This document shows, piece by piece, positions 45,801 through 47,088 of a DNA stretch of 47,088 nucleotides (the first letter of the stretch is position 1; each line of letters opens with the position of its first letter). Location of the stretch: NCBI GenBank assembly GCA_048939015.1, contig JBHLPW010000016.1, positions 33,652-80,739 on the forward strand. Direction: 5' to 3'. The notes under the pieces were generated by a model. The model ran no database searches and had not been told where the DNA came from. It saw only the letters and a program-made list of their open reading frames with translations. The DNA is from Promethearchaeota archaeon. GTDB taxonomy: Archaea > Asgardarchaeota > Lokiarchaeia > Sigyniarchaeales > SOKP01. The position numbers and the translations under genes were made by a program.

Positions 45801-46857
45801 CCGTAAAATAATCTGGACCATAATTACCTGCTGATGCAACAAAAATCACACCATATGCATCTTTGGCATTTGTAATTGCTTCTGTTATAGAATCTGATAT
45901 TCCAGGAAATCCCCCTCCAAAACTCATTGAAATTATGTCAGCACCAGCACCTCCCTCACTCGTAGGTTTAGAAGCCCATTGAATTGCTTTTATAATATCT
46001 CCATCTTGGAGTCCACTTGCATTTCCAGCTCTCGCATTAATCAAGAGAGCACCAGGAGCCACACCACGATACTTTCCAGAGGATCCACCACCATCTCCCG
46101 CGATAATTCCAGCTACATGAGTACCATGACCTATATCATCATTAAAATTTGATATACTTTCATTCAAAACAAAATTACTATTATTTACAATAGTTAAGTC
46201 CGGATGAGGATATATTCCAGTATCAATTACAGCCACCTTCACACCTGAACCATTATATGGTAAATCTTCAGCTCCGATAGCAGGAAGCCACCAATTTGAA
46301 TAAAAATCCTCATCTAGAGCACTGAGTTGTAGATTATCTTCTTGAAAATAAGGATATTGGTAATTTTTTGATTTGCAGATTTTAGTAATAGCACTATTAC
46401 TCTCAATTGATTTACCATTTTCAATTAATTCATATGGCTTGATTTCTAAATAGATTCCTGAGATAATATCATAATTTGTAATTAACTTATAATCTGTAAA
46501 TATTGAATCCAAGACTTTAATCCTTTCTTCTTTTGAAAGAGAATTTTCAAAATGAACAATTATTTTAATCTTTGAAGGATTATCATTAAGATTATATGTA
46601 ATATTTACTAAATAATCCGTAAGGTATATATCAAATTTAGATTTGTCTTTTCCTTTATATCCGTCTAATTCACTGTTATATGAATAAAATTTCGCATCAG
46701 ATGAGGATGGTGCTGATTTTAACTTTATTTCATCGTTATCTCTTGGATTATATGGATTTAAATTATTTAATTGAATTCCTATAAATGGAATCACAAAGTA
46801 AGTGAAAAGAATAAATGTAAAAATAAGCAAATTTGTTATTTTTTTTATTTGCGTCAT
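42880..46857 (-). CDS. Membrane-anchored S8 subtilase: signal anchor, propeptide, catalytic domain, Ig-like domain, GIFT/GldG-like domain, beta-rich stalk, C-terminal TM and cytoplasmic Zn ribbon
   Basis: Catalytic triad VAVIDTG, HGTHVAG and GTSMACP, with oxyanion SAGN. TM MIIIVIVSIVALIGVVSMIIYYA-RRKK, then CPFC..CPHC. Confidence 0.92.
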   Translation of the reverse strand: MTQIKKITNLLIFTFILFTYFVIPFIGIQLNNLNPYNPRDNDEIKLKSAPSSSDAKFYSYNSELDGYKGKDKSKFDIYLTDYLVNITYNLNDNPSKIKIIVHFENSLSKEERIKVLDSIFTDYKLITNYDIISGIYLEIKPYELIENGKSIESNSAITKICKSKNYQYPYFQEDNLQLSALDEDFYSNWWLPAIGAEDLPYNGSGVKVAVIDTGIYPHPDLTIVNNSNFVLNESISNFNDDIGHGTHVAGIIAGDGGGSSGKYRGVAPGALLINARAGNASGLQDGDIIKAIQWASKPTSEGGAGADIISMSFGGGFPGISDSITEAITNAKDAYGVIFVASAGNYGPDYFTGSTPASGIDVIAVGATARNDNLASFSSWGPTFSYIGYPDVVAPGVNIISTEAPDSVLSDEYRYLGDYFDFPGDADYIPLSGTSMACPIVSGALAILLEAYPNITAETARIALLEGARKIDNKNDILKSGAGLINVSASLNYLSEITPNYNDILKIYPDDLPVKPFDLLHFPGDHQKFNLTIISGENKTVDIDIPTYIQGVSISLDKSNIVFNESGIEFVELDIEINNDATPGLRNFQINLTVGGYVYDFANISLNIRLPEYKILMESYHGLNDWFPEFSFNQLGFYDAMDDLTELNISIDYSMEYWTPDYNRDFNNSILTEEKLAQYDIIALQAPILPYSAIEIENIKNYFENGGNILFLGTRYQDMAVENINNLFAQLGADLQINEENIMNDSWLGDSISVSSQSVNNLNNVSIFSGVDKFYWLYGNSFTTSGSGESLATIDNKTVVARYDGQLEGKGRLLAFGDLHWMFDKYSLTYYIQDHYLMLKNIIEYFLIHEDISINIYLKENRISNQRIDLSLYLKNQTSGIPITPADYDSLNVFIKNATYSKPIILNVSHGNDGIYYNDSFTLPFPSYIPYSIKVSLSVGLTDYNKTTKILYFDSAKIPKITSLYVSNSSVSREPNETLDLITELDKPSYGDIEGYLSIYPFSFYNTKQLEVKDLLFSHSNANIYLKTFDPLLNDPSGYGIYYIIPQFSNYSTPNSPRVPFQIINHPPEILEEQSVFNYPGSSSTTFKEAENYIYPVKQLDEINFVVDVQDSVDYEDTNSEMRVFVNLFIGSLTPDNYVILISPSSNKFSELSYQSSLDRFEGSITIPYTIQYSTISGIKSISTKTNFNTITNEGYIGILVVTVYDSEGEAEDFWIAILISEPPINFSMIIIVIVSIVALIGVVSMIIYYARRKKHPRVSPVQPSYQELYYRPSYEDTEKESYITPEPISQLGQFYCPFCGQMIKTPKKFCPHCGESLMFEEQDD

Positions 46858-46968
46858 ATTAGTTGTATCAAATAAGGACAGTTATTTAAACCTAAAGATT
46901 TTAACCTAAAATGTTTTTAAAAATTATGAATTATATCTTCTTACGTAGAAAATTCTAAATTTAATCTT

Positions 46969-47088
46969 ATGACTAAATATAGCTTTAAGGTGCTTCTATT
47001 AGGTGCACCAGCTGTAGGGAAAACTAGTATATTATATAGGTTTGTAAAAAACCAATTCTCTCACGACTATATAACTACAATTGGTATC
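46969..47088 (+). CDS. Rab-like small GTPase, 5' part (runs off the window; not in the ORF track)
   Basis: [40 protein letters not shown] contains the G1 P-loop and switch I Y..TIG. Confidence 0.9.
   Translation, partial: MTKYSFKVLLLGAPAVGKTSILYRFVKNQFSHDYITTIGI

Noticed and set aside
1-47088. tRNA, rRNA, IS elements, integrases, prophage
   Set aside because: No GC-rich structured segments, cloverleaf motifs, terminal repeats or recombinase/viral motifs were seen by eye; a covariance-model search could still find small RNAs.

Overview
A very AT-rich, gene-dense archaeal chromosomal segment, most probably from an Asgard (Lokiarchaeia-like) genome. This is inferred from a Rab-like small GTPase at the right edge, a stand-alone uDENN/longin-like protein, a eukaryote-type MPN+/JAMM protein, a PAC2 proteasome chaperone, archaeal AcdA/AfpA genes and GGTGAT Shine-Dalgarno sites. 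I found no rRNA, tRNA, CRISPR array or transposase. Housekeeping content: Cu+ P-type ATPase, two minimal Fe-S assembly systems (IscS/IscU-type and SufC/SufB-type), a beta-CASP nuclease, MoxR AAA+ with a vWA partner, two radical SAM enzymes, gatC, two acdA, dut, thiolase, purE and rpiA. Most notable observations: (1) a 1325-aa membrane-anchored subtilase whose domain order resembles eukaryotic Site-1 protease (S1P/MBTPS1), head-to-head with a Rab-like GTPase; (2) three metal/Fe-S genes (copA, iscU, polyferredoxin) that appear to initiate at ATA/ATT codons behind strong SD sites; (3) an abutting pair of paralogous helical proteins, one carrying an intact JAMM deubiquitinase-like domain; (4) a beta-CASP nuclease with a duplicated ~105-aa N-terminal domain lying between iscS and iscU; (5) a folliculin/SMCR8-like longin gene overlapping an ~8-TM protein gene; (6) a phased triple palindromic operator upstream of a PadR gene. 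All family assignments come from motif recognition by eye and remembered consensus sequences; no searches were run.
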